Of a DNA stretch of 64,000 bases, positions 19,920-28,427 are shown in pieces; within the stretch, counting starts at the first letter, position 1; every line of letters starts with the position of its first letter. The stretch covers positions 17,576-81,575 of the forward strand of contig CASEHV010000014.1 in assembly GCA_949287835.1 (NCBI GenBank), in the 5' to 3' direction. The notes under the pieces were generated by a model. It ran no database searches. It worked only from the letters and a program-made list of their open reading frames with translations, and was not told the DNA's origin. A program made the translations under genes and the position numbers. This stretch comes from an uncultured Helicobacter sp. GTDB lineage: Bacteria; Campylobacterota; Campylobacteria; Campylobacterales; Helicobacteraceae.

Positions 19920-20913
19920 AAATACATATCCACGACTTCTAGCAGACATTGGTGGCACGAATGCACGTTTCGGTCTGCAAATCTCGCCTGATGTGATAGA
20001 GAATATAGAAGTGCTGCCCTGCAATGATTACAACACAGTCGTAGATGCTACAAAGGCATATTTGCTAAAAGTAGGTAGCCCTAGTGTGCGTTTTGGTGCC
20101 TTTGCGATTGCAAATCCTGTCATTGGCGACTGGGTGCAGATGACAAATCATCATTGGGCATTTTCCATAGAGACTACAAGGCAGGCACTTCATCTCGAAT
20201 CTCTTATCCTCATCAATGACTTCACAGCACAGGCTTATGCCATAGAAAAGCTAGGAGCGCAGGATTTGGTGCAAATAGGCGGCACTGTGTGCGAAAAATT
20301 CGCACCAAAGGCAGTTTTAGGTCCTGGAACAGGTCTTGGTATAAGCGGTCTTATTCCTTGCCATGATGGTAGCTATGTGGCATTATCTGGTGAGGGGGGA
20401 CATAGGAGCTTTTCCTCATTTGATGACACGGAGGTAATGATTTGGCAGTATGCCAAAAAGGAATTTGATGGGCATGTGTCTGCAGAGAGATTCCTAAGTG
20501 GCTCTGGACTTGTGCTTATCTACAATGCCCTAGCAAATCGCGAGGGCATAAAGGGCAAGGTCATGACGCCAGAGTTGATTAGTGAGCAAGCCCTTAGCGG
20601 ACGTTCCCCGCTTTGTCGCTTGACACTTGATATTTTCTGTGCGATGTTAGGCACTGTGTCTGCTGATGTGGCACTAACTTTAGGTGCTAGAGGCGGCGTG
20701 TATTTGTGTGGTGGAATCATTCCTAGATTCATTGATTATTTCAAGACCTCGCCTTTTAGAGTTCGCTTTGAGGACAAGGGACGTTTTAGCTCCTATCTGG
20801 CTAGTATTCCTGTTTTTGTTGTGTTGGCAAAATATCCCGGAATCTACGGCATAGCGGTAGCATTAGAAAATCATCTAAGAGAAAGGGAAAAACATGAGTC
20901 TTACAAATCTTAA
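19900..20913 (+). CDS. glk: Glucokinase
   Basis: [13 protein letters not shown]-terminal ATP motif, GPGTGLG, GGIIP. Overlaps pgl by 20 nt. Confidence 0.9.
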   Translation: MSITQDKNTYPRLLADIGGTNARFGLQISPDVIENIEVLPCNDYNTVVDATKAYLLKVGSPSVRFGAFAIANPVIGDWVQMTNHHWAFSIETTRQALHLESLILINDFTAQAYAIEKLGAQDLVQIGGTVCEKFAPKAVLGPGTGLGISGLIPCHDGSYVALSGEGGHRSFSSFDDTEVMIWQYAKKEFDGHVSAERFLSGSGLVLIYNALANREGIKGKVMTPELISEQALSGRSPLCRLTLDIFCAMLGTVSADVALTLGARGGVYLCGGIIPRFIDYFKTSPFRVRFEDKGRFSSYLASIPVFVVLAKYPGIYGIAVALENHLREREKHESYKS

Positions 20914-22558
20914 TTCTTATAAAGCATTACACTCTCATTTTGAAAAGATGAGGGCTGAAAGTATGCGAGATATGTTTGAGAGAGATTCTGAGCGTTACAA
21001 GCGATATTTTATAAAAGTCGGCGGAATTAGTCTTGATTATTCTAAAAATCGCATGAATGACGAAACATTAAAGCTACTTTGGAATCTCGCAGATGAGTGT
21101 GGGCTAAAAAGTCGCATAGAATCTATGTTTCGTGGAGAAAAAATTAATTTCACAGAACATCGTGCCGCACTGCATACTGCCTTGCGTAGTCGCCCAGGTG
21201 GTAATACTGGAGGAGATAGCATTATTGTAGATAATCATGACGTCATGCCAGAGATTGCTAATGTGCTGCATCGCATGAGTGATTTTAGTGATTCTGTTAG
21301 AAGTGGCTCTTGGCTTGGATATAGTAATCAAATCATTACAGATGTCGTAAATATCGGTATAGGTGGCTCAGATTTGGGTGCGTTAATGGTGTGTAAGGCA
21401 CTCAAAAGCTGGGGGCATCCGCGTCTAAATATGCACTTTGTCTCAAATGTAGATGGCGCACAATTGCAAGGTGTGCTAGAGCATATCCACCCTGAAAGCA
21501 CACTTTTCATCGTAGCCTCAAAAACATTCTCTACTCAAGAGACACTCACAAATGCCCTCACTGCGAGAAAATGGTTTTTAGCACATGCGCTTGATGAGAA
21601 ATTTATAGCAAAGCATTTTGTGGCAGTTTCTACAAATAAAGAAGCGGTGAAAGCCTTCGGCATTGATGAAAGAAATATGTTTGAGTTCTGGGATTGGGTA
21701 GGAGGTCGTTATAGCCTTTGGTCTGCGATTGGACTTTCTATCATGCTTTATTTGGGTAAAGAGAACTTCTATTCTCTGCTAGAGGGTGCATATCTTATGG
21801 ATTGTCATTTTAGAAATGCCCCATTTGCGGAAAATATGCCCGTGATTCTTGCCATGCTTGGAATCTGGTACATCAATTTCTTTGACGCAGGTAGCCATTT
21901 GATTGCGCCTTATGACCAGTATTTGCGTTATTTTCCAAAATTTATCCAGCAGCTAGATATGGAGAGTAATGGCAAACAGGTAAACTCAGATGGGCAAAGA
22001 GTAGAATATGATACCGCACCAATCATTTGGGGAGATATGGGTATAAATGCCCAGCACGCATTTTTCCAGCTACTGCATCAAGGCACACATCTCACGCCCA
22101 TAGATATGATAGCCTCTTTGAGTAATAAGGGGAATCTACCCGGACATCATGAGATTCTCTTAAGCAATGTTTTTGCACAAGCACAGGCCTTTATGAAAGG
22201 TCGCACATACAACGAGGCACTTTCACAGCTCATTGCAAAAGGCTTAGATGAAAATGAGGCAAAAAAACTAGCCCCTCATAGAGTTTTTTCTGGAAATAGA
22301 CCTAGCAATATACTCTTGTTAGATGAGATTTCACCAAAAAATATCGGCTCTCTCATTGCACTTTATGAGCATAAGATTGTCGTGCAGGGCATTATTTGGG
22401 ATATTAATAGCTTTGACCAATGGGGTGTTGAGCTAGGGAAGGAGTTGGCTAAGGATATTTTGAGTGAGTTAAGCGGAGAGAGTGCTTGTAGCAATAAGCA
22501 CGATAGTTCTACGCAGCACTTAATCAAAATTTATCGCGAATTTAACAAGAAAGGATAG
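20894..22558 (+). CDS. pgi: Glucose-6-phosphate isomerase
   Basis: 554 aa with [33 protein letters not shown] motifs. Confidence 0.95.
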   Translation: MSLTNLNSYKALHSHFEKMRAESMRDMFERDSERYKRYFIKVGGISLDYSKNRMNDETLKLLWNLADECGLKSRIESMFRGEKINFTEHRAALHTALRSRPGGNTGGDSIIVDNHDVMPEIANVLHRMSDFSDSVRSGSWLGYSNQIITDVVNIGIGGSDLGALMVCKALKSWGHPRLNMHFVSNVDGAQLQGVLEHIHPESTLFIVASKTFSTQETLTNALTARKWFLAHALDEKFIAKHFVAVSTNKEAVKAFGIDERNMFEFWDWVGGRYSLWSAIGLSIMLYLGKENFYSLLEGAYLMDCHFRNAPFAENMPVILAMLGIWYINFFDAGSHLIAPYDQYLRYFPKFIQQLDMESNGKQVNSDGQRVEYDTAPIIWGDMGINAQHAFFQLLHQGTHLTPIDMIASLSNKGNLPGHHEILLSNVFAQAQAFMKGRTYNEALSQLIAKGLDENEAKKLAPHRVFSGNRPSNILLLDEISPKNIGSLIALYEHKIVVQGIIWDINSFDQWGVELGKELAKDILSELSGESACSNKHDSSTQHLIKIYREFNKKG

Positions 22559-22561
22559 AAC

Positions 22562-23782
22562 ATGCAAAAATCAAATACATTTGCACTAGGCACATTGACG
22601 GCATTATTTTTTGCCATGGGTTTTATCACAGTTTTAAATGACATTTTGATTCCACATCTCAAAGTTATTTTTGAGTTAAATCACTTTGAGGCGGCACTTG
22701 TGCAGTTTTGTTTTTTTGGTGCATATTTTATAACGGGCGGAATCTTTGGAAAACTGCTTTCAAAAATCGGCTATCCTCTAGGCGTTGTCTTCGGATTTCT
22801 CCTTGCTGCCTTTGGGTGTATCCTTTTTTACCCCGCGGCTTCTACTGCATCTTACCCTATTTTCTTAGGCGCTCTTTTTATTTTGGCTAGTGGTGTTGTG
22901 TTGCTACAGACAACAGGGAATCCATTCGTTACACTTCTATCCCCAGGTAAAGAGGCTAGGTCGCTTACACTAGTGCAGGCGTTTAACTCGCTTGGCACCA
23001 CTGTGGGACCTCTTTTTGGTGCTGCCTTTATCCTTACAGGTGCCGCCTATGCTTCTAAGGCAGAGGAGGCGCAATCTGTGCAGATTCCCTATCTCATCAT
23101 TGCGGGTGTGCTGATTTTACTTGCCATTATCGTGTATTTTTTGAAATTACCTGATGTTAGGCAGACTGCTGAGGAGATTAGCGAGAGAAATCACGATGGG
23201 AAAACAAGCGTCTTTGAGTATCCGCATTTTGTGCTAGGTGCGGCTGGCATTTTCTTTTATGTCGGTGCAGAGGTATCCATTGGCTCTTTCCTTATTCTAA
23301 CTATGAAAGAAGTGGCAAATATTGCGGAGGAAGTTGGAGCAAAATATATTGCTTTCTACTGGGGCGGGGCTATGGTTGGAAGATTTTTGGGTAGCTTTAT
23401 AATGAGTAAAATTGCGCCAAATAAATGTCTTGCATTCAACGCTAGTGTGAGCCTTGTTTTAATTATCTTTGCTATTGCAGCCGGTGGTTATGTGGGCATG
23501 GTTGCTTTGATTGCTATTGGATTTTTTAATTCAATTATGTTTCCTACGATTTTCTCGCTAGGCACAAAGAATCTTGGCAAATTCACAAGTCAAGCATCTG
23601 GAATCATCAACATGGCCATCGTGGGCGGTGCTTTAGTGCCTCCTATTCAAGGCTTACTAGCGGATTATCATGGCATTATTATCTCTTACATCGTGCCATT
23701 ATTTTGCTATGTATATATTCTGTTTTTTGCAATCTTAGGATTTAAGGCTGGACAGAAAGGAAAAAGTCATTATGCTTCATAA
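22562..23782 (+). CDS. gluP: Glucose/galactose MFS transporter (FucP/GluP family)
   Basis: 406-aa polytopic membrane protein. N-terminus FFAMGFITVLNDILIPHLK and the GNPF motif are typical of the GluP/FucP subfamily. It is the last gene of the sugar cluster. Confidence 0.85.
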   Translation: MQKSNTFALGTLTALFFAMGFITVLNDILIPHLKVIFELNHFEAALVQFCFFGAYFITGGIFGKLLSKIGYPLGVVFGFLLAAFGCILFYPAASTASYPIFLGALFILASGVVLLQTTGNPFVTLLSPGKEARSLTLVQAFNSLGTTVGPLFGAAFILTGAAYASKAEEAQSVQIPYLIIAGVLILLAIIVYFLKLPDVRQTAEEISERNHDGKTSVFEYPHFVLGAAGIFFYVGAEVSIGSFLILTMKEVANIAEEVGAKYIAFYWGGAMVGRFLGSFIMSKIAPNKCLAFNASVSLVLIIFAIAAGGYVGMVALIAIGFFNSIMFPTIFSLGTKNLGKFTSQASGIINMAIVGGALVPPIQGLLADYHGIIISYIVPLFCYVYILFFAILGFKAGQKGKSHYAS

Positions 23783-23822
23783 CTCATATGTTTGGGGTGT
23801 GGTGTAGTGTTAGCCACTTTTG

Positions 23823-24647
23823 CTATATTCCAAATAATACCTTAGCATTCTTACTTGTAATTCTTTCTATCTCATCTTTGCTTATATTTAATAACTCTGA
23901 GAGTTTATCTACCACATGCACGAGATATTTTGACTCGTTTCTTTTGCCACGATGAGGTATGGGGGCAAGGTATGGGGCATCTGTTTCTAGCAGGATTCTA
24001 TCTTTTGGAATCTTTTTGACTATTTCTTGCAGATTCTGAGCATTTTTGAATGTAACAATCCCCCCTATGCCATAATAAAATGTATCGCTAAATTCCAACA
24101 GAGCCTCACAGGCATTATAGCAGTGAAAGACGCCTCTAAGACGTTCTGCATTGCCATATCCCCTATTATGATATTTCCTTAAAATATCGCATACCTTAAG
24201 ACTAGCCTCATTGCTATCTTTAGAATCTCTTACATGCAGGATTAGGGGTAGATTAGATTCTAAGGCAAACTCTATTTGATACTCAAAACATTCAATTTGT
24301 GCCGCTTTTATAGAATCTATATCCCCACTAAGACGAAAGAAATCTAGCCCACACTCACCTATCGCCTTGCATTTTTGGCTAATTTTACTCTCCAGTAATT
24401 CAAATCTAAAAGACCCCGCACTCATATCATATATCTCATCAATGCAACAGGGGTGGATTCCTAGCGCGTAGTAGATATTATCATATCGTTTAGCAATGTC
24501 AATAGCGTGATTTAATGTATCTAGCGATGCAGCGGGGATAATAAAATCACTCACGCCACATAGCCTAGATTCCTCTATCACATTATCCAAATCCTCCCTA
24601 AACTCATCTGAATCAAGATGCGCATGTGTATCGATAATGTGGCTCAT
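23823..24647 (-). CDS. TatD-family metal-dependent hydrolase/DNase
   Basis: N-terminal IDTHAHLD, GECGLDF, HVRD and ETDAPYL motifs. Confidence 0.85.
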   Translation of the reverse strand: MSHIIDTHAHLDSDEFREDLDNVIEESRLCGVSDFIIPAASLDTLNHAIDIAKRYDNIYYALGIHPCCIDEIYDMSAGSFRFELLESKISQKCKAIGECGLDFFRLSGDIDSIKAAQIECFEYQIEFALESNLPLILHVRDSKDSNEASLKVCDILRKYHNRGYGNAERLRGVFHCYNACEALLEFSDTFYYGIGGIVTFKNAQNLQEIVKKIPKDRILLETDAPYLAPIPHRGKRNESKYLVHVVDKLSELLNISKDEIERITSKNAKVLFGI

Positions 24648-24655
24648 GCTCCCCC

Positions 24656-25444
24656 CTAGTAGCTCTCGCTAGAATCTGGAAACCTAGCATTCTTTACATC
24701 ATCTGCATATTTCCTTATGGCATCTTTTAGCATTCCCTTGCCATCGCAGTATCGCCTTACAAATTTAGGCTTAAATTTATCAAAAAAGCCAAACGCATCG
24801 CTCCAGACTAGAATCTGCCCATCGCAGTCTGCCCCCGCGCCAATGCCTATGGTAGGAATGCTAAGAGATTTTGTAATCTCCCCTGCCACTTCGCTTTTCA
24901 CACCCTCGATTAGCACACCAAACACGCCTGCCTCCTGCATGGCTAGAGCGCATTCTAGCAATTCATTACGACTATTATCATCTTTGCCTTTTACCTTGAA
25001 TCCCCCATCAAATCGCATAAACTGCGGCTTTAGCCCGATATGTGCCATAATGGCTAGTCCCTCACTGCAAAGCGTTTTGATAATATCTAGCTTGTCTATC
25101 CCCACCTCTAGCTTTAGTGCATCAATATTGCATTCTTTATAGAATCTAATGCAGTTTTTAAGTGCATCTTCTTGCGTGGCATAAGTGCCAAATGGCATGT
25201 CCGCTAGTAAAAATGACTTGCTAATGCCCCTGCTAACCGCCCTTGAGTGATACATCATCTCCTCAAGACTAGCACTAAGCGTATCATCTCTCCCCCCAAA
25301 GCTCATCTGCAGACTATCGCCCACTAATATCAAATCCACCTCGCCATCAAAGATATTAGCCATGAGAGTATCGTATGCGGTAATTGCAGTAATCTTTTCT
25401 TTGCCTTTTTTAGATTGTAAAACATTTTTTGTAATTTTATCCAC
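24656..25444 (-). CDS. panB: 3-methyl-2-oxobutanoate hydroxymethyltransferase
   Basis: ITAITAYD, LVGDSL, DMPFG, KLEVG and IGIGAG motifs. Confidence 0.95.
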   Translation of the reverse strand: MDKITKNVLQSKKGKEKITAITAYDTLMANIFDGEVDLILVGDSLQMSFGGRDDTLSASLEEMMYHSRAVSRGISKSFLLADMPFGTYATQEDALKNCIRFYKECNIDALKLEVGIDKLDIIKTLCSEGLAIMAHIGLKPQFMRFDGGFKVKGKDDNSRNELLECALAMQEAGVFGVLIEGVKSEVAGEITKSLSIPTIGIGAGADCDGQILVWSDAFGFFDKFKPKFVRRYCDGKGMLKDAIRKYADDVKNARFPDSSESY

Positions 25445-25594
25445 TTATTTTCCTTTCAAGTGATATGCTAGATTGTATCTTAACATGATGAAGTTTTTGA
25501 TGAAAGTCTTTTTTGATTTGCATTAGCATGATTTTAGTGGATTTCTAGGATTTGTTAAAATAGTAAAAGTACCACTATTATCACGCTTTTTAGA

Positions 25595-26650
25595 TTAAGC
25601 TTTGCTTACAGGGAAAAACACCTTAGCATTCTCGCCCACTCTAGCCTCTCCGTGAAACATTCCTAGCTTATCTTTTGTCCAAGCAAAGCCTGTATTCCCA
25701 AGCTTATCGATGCTAACAATACCGCCACTTCCCCCTAGCTTTGCGACTTGCTCTATCGTGCCTTCTATTGCCTTTTGCAAGGAGAGTTTTTTGTATTTGT
25801 ACAGCGCACTTGCCTCATGTCCGCTCACCACACGCATGAAAATATCTCCCGTGCCTGTGCAAGATAGCCCTAGAGAATCATTATCCGCATAAGTGCCTGC
25901 ACCAATGATAGGCGAATCCCCGATGCGACCCGTCATTTTGTTGGTTAGCCCTCCTGTGCTTGTGCCAGCGACAAGATTGCCTTTAGAATCTAGTGCCACC
26001 GCTCCCACTGTGCCAAGATAGGGCTCTGTGTATTCTCCCAAAAAAGGCTTCTCTAAAAATGCTTTTGCCTTGTCGCTATCTAGCAGGAGTTGCTTATTTT
26101 TCTTTGCCTCCTGCAGTTGGTCCCATCGCTCTTGTGTGAAATAATATTTCTGCTCCACCATCTCTAGCCCATATTTTTTCGCAAGATTATCTGCCCCCTC
26201 ACCTGCCACAAGCGTATGCCAAGTCTTTTCCATGACAAGTCGCGCTGCCTCTATGGGATTTTTGATATGCCTACTCATCGCTATTGCGCCTGCTTTTCTG
26301 CTACCTCCGTGCATGAGGGCGGCATCTAGCTCGTTGTAGCCATCAGAGGTAAAGACTGCGCCCTTTCCTGCATTAAAGATAGGGCTATCCTCCATGACCT
26401 TGATAGCGGCGATGACAGCATCCATTGCCTCGCCACCCTTTGCTAGAATCTCCTGCCCAGCCTTTAGTGATTGTAGCATGACAGATTCCCTCTTGCTAAA
26501 CTCCTCTTTGCTAAGACCTAGCCCACTCGTGCCACCGTGTATGACTATTACGGGTTTTTGCTTCTTATTTGCCCCGTAGCTTATACTCTGTGAGAGTGCT
26601 ATTCCGCCTGCTAGGATTGCCGCATTTTGTAGAAATTTTCGTCTTTTCAT
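25595..26650 (-). CDS. Exported Ntn-hydrolase isoaspartyl peptidase / L-asparaginase (plant-type)
   Basis: Tat-like signal MKRRKFLQNAAILAGG; HGGTSG, GTVGAVALD (autoproteolytic Thr), and TSTGG motifs. AGGAA SD upstream of ATG 26650. Confidence 0.85.
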   Translation of the reverse strand: MKRRKFLQNAAILAGGIALSQSISYGANKKQKPVIVIHGGTSGLGLSKEEFSKRESVMLQSLKAGQEILAKGGEAMDAVIAAIKVMEDSPIFNAGKGAVFTSDGYNELDAALMHGGSRKAGAIAMSRHIKNPIEAARLVMEKTWHTLVAGEGADNLAKKYGLEMVEQKYYFTQERWDQLQEAKKNKQLLLDSDKAKAFLEKPFLGEYTEPYLGTVGAVALDSKGNLVAGTSTGGLTNKMTGRIGDSPIIGAGTYADNDSLGLSCTGTGDIFMRVVSGHEASALYKYKKLSLQKAIEGTIEQVAKLGGSGGIVSIDKLGNTGFAWTKDKLGMFHGEARVGENAKVFFPVSKA

Positions 26651-26825
26651 GTCTTTTCCTTACGACACTGATGCCTTGTAAATATGACTCGTTGTCTGTA
26701 ATATCCAAATCAGGTATGTCCTGTGTGTATAGGGTCTCAAACTCTTTTGGAGCTGTGTTCTTAGCCTCTACCTTCTTAGTGGTTGTCTTTTTAGCTTTGG
26801 TTGTTGATTCTTTCTTAACAGCCAT
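26565..26825 (-). CDS. Lysine-rich small ORF (hypothetical); the 3' 86 nt overlap the asparaginase start
   Basis: 86-aa ORF, MAVKKESTTKAKKTTTKKVEAK.. No clear SD, and its tail is read out of frame through the asparaginase signal peptide. Coding status is uncertain. Confidence 0.25.
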   Translation of the reverse strand: MAVKKESTTKAKKTTTKKVEAKNTAPKEFETLYTQDIPDLDITDNESYLQGISVVRKRHEKTKISTKCGNPSRRNSTLTEYKLRGK

Positions 26826-26874
26826 TATCTATGCTTTATAGTGGTATATATTTCCAATATAGTGTTTTTGTGAA

Positions 26875-27198
26875 CTAGACTATTCTGCCTGCACTTGATG
26901 GTAGCTTACTATAAAATCTAGCTCTACCATTTGCATACATTACGGTGGCGGTATCCCCGCTAACACAAACACCTGTGGGTGCGGCTTTAATGCCCGGTGC
27001 AGGGCTTAAGTATCCTCTAGCAGCCATTCCCTTTGTTTCATACACATATATAGTTCCCTTAGCGGTAACTCCCACAATCCATTTATCTGAGCAACTCGCA
27101 GCTACCCACTTATCATTTACGGGGCGTTTTGAGTTTTTACCGAATCCATTTTCATATAGATAGAGGAGGTTGTTTTTTATCAGCACTGAATACGACAT
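26875..27198 (-). CDS. Hypothetical 107-aa protein (predicted beta-rich, no signal peptide)
   Basis: AAGGA SD 7 nt upstream of ATG 27198. GC looks visibly higher than the flanking AT-rich genes. I recognise no family. Confidence 0.55.
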   Translation of the reverse strand: MSYSVLIKNNLLYLYENGFGKNSKRPVNDKWVAASCSDKWIVGVTAKGTIYVYETKGMAARGYLSPAPGIKAAPTGVCVSGDTATVMYANGRARFYSKLPSSAGRIV

Positions 27199-27299
27199 AT
27201 TGTTGTCCTTTTAATTTACATTATAATGCTGTTATTATAACTTGAAAAATCGGGCTTCTTTTCCACCTCTATGGATTCTATATCCTCTTCATAGTTTTT

Positions 27300-27746
27300 T
27301 CATTTTAATAAAAAAACAATAATTGTGCAAATTGATGCGACAAATATTCCTGCAATATATACAATGGGGTAGAATAAATGAAATATTTCTAAGATTATCA
27401 ATGTGGCTATCATCACAATAAAGGCTAGGATTCTAGCAAATGAGAAGCTTAGTTCAAATCCCAGTGAAGCCTTTGAGAAATCTATGAATTTTAGAAGTTT
27501 TTTTGATTTCTCTTTCTGTTCCCCCTCTAGCTCTTTTGCCTTTTTGATTTTATCAAGCAATTTTGCATTAATGGATTTATAGGAGGCAAACATTATATAT
27601 ATATATGACAGAAAAGAGGCAATAAAAGAGTATATATACTCAATATTATATATACATAAACCAACTATAATAAAAGCTAATGAGATAATTAATATAGTGT
27701 ATTTAGCATTTCGCATAATATATCTGCTCATAAATCCTATAGTCAT
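27300..27746 (-). CDS. Small integral membrane protein (2 TM - charged coil - 2 TM), hypothetical
   Basis: 148-aa ORF overlapping the end of the upstream phosphoesterase gene. It has two hydrophobic pairs separated by KKAKELEGEQKEKSKKLLKF. The start may instead be an internal Met (27731 or 27716). Confidence 0.55.
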   Translation of the reverse strand: MTIGFMSRYIMRNAKYTILIISLAFIIVGLCIYNIEYIYSFIASFLSYIYIMFASYKSINAKLLDKIKKAKELEGEQKEKSKKLLKFIDFSKASLGFELSFSFARILAFIVMIATLIILEIFHLFYPIVYIAGIFVASICTIIVFLLK

Positions 27747-28380
27747 TTAAAATATCTCTAAGCTTTCGCGGTATGAATCCTAGCCTTTCTGTGGAAGCAT
27801 TAAAACAATATGGCTGTGTGGAATCCTTTTGATGCAAATGTCCATGTATATTAATATCACATTGTGCTAGAGAGAAAGCATAGTCTATAATGCTCTTTGC
27901 CTCCTCGTATTTATCATGCTTTTTTTTATGATTGACAGGAAAGTGGCTAAACATGATTCTAGTATCATCTATATCTACTATGAGACCTGTGGCATAAGGA
28001 TTTTTTAGACTATTTCCCCATTTTTTTTTCATATCTTTTTTAAATTCTTTTTTGTCTTTTATCTTAAATTTAATTTTATCTATCACTTTCCAATCATGCA
28101 GTATCTCATGTTTGCCTATATCATTATTGCCTACGACTAATGTCTTTCTGCCATTTAGCCATTTTAGAATCTTATATCCGTCATTAAAGAATAAATCTCC
28201 TAAATGCAGTACAGAATCATTTTCTCTCACACGCTGATTCCATAAATGCAGACTAAAATCATCGAAATTCATAAAGGAAGTTTTGCTTAATGCTAATAGT
28301 CGGCTTGTGTGTTTTTTTAGAACTTCTTTGTGTCCAAAGTGGGTATCTGATATGATAAAAGTATCTAATGTAATATCCAT
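27703..28380 (-). CDS. Calcineurin-like metallophosphoesterase
   Basis: 225 aa with the ordered motifs ISDTHFGH, LGDLF, VVGNND, H (SHFP), and HGHLH. It contains a Lys-rich insert and A9/A8 homopolymer runs. Confidence 0.75.
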   Translation of the reverse strand: MDITLDTFIISDTHFGHKEVLKKHTSRLLALSKTSFMNFDDFSLHLWNQRVRENDSVLHLGDLFFNDGYKILKWLNGRKTLVVGNNDIGKHEILHDWKVIDKIKFKIKDKKEFKKDMKKKWGNSLKNPYATGLIVDIDDTRIMFSHFPVNHKKKHDKYEEAKSIIDYAFSLAQCDINIHGHLHQKDSTQPYCFNASTERLGFIPRKLRDILNDYRIYEQIYYAKC

Positions 28381-28427
28381 TGAAAGCCCTAATGGAAAAT
28401 TTAATCTCTATTATACTTTTAAATTGA

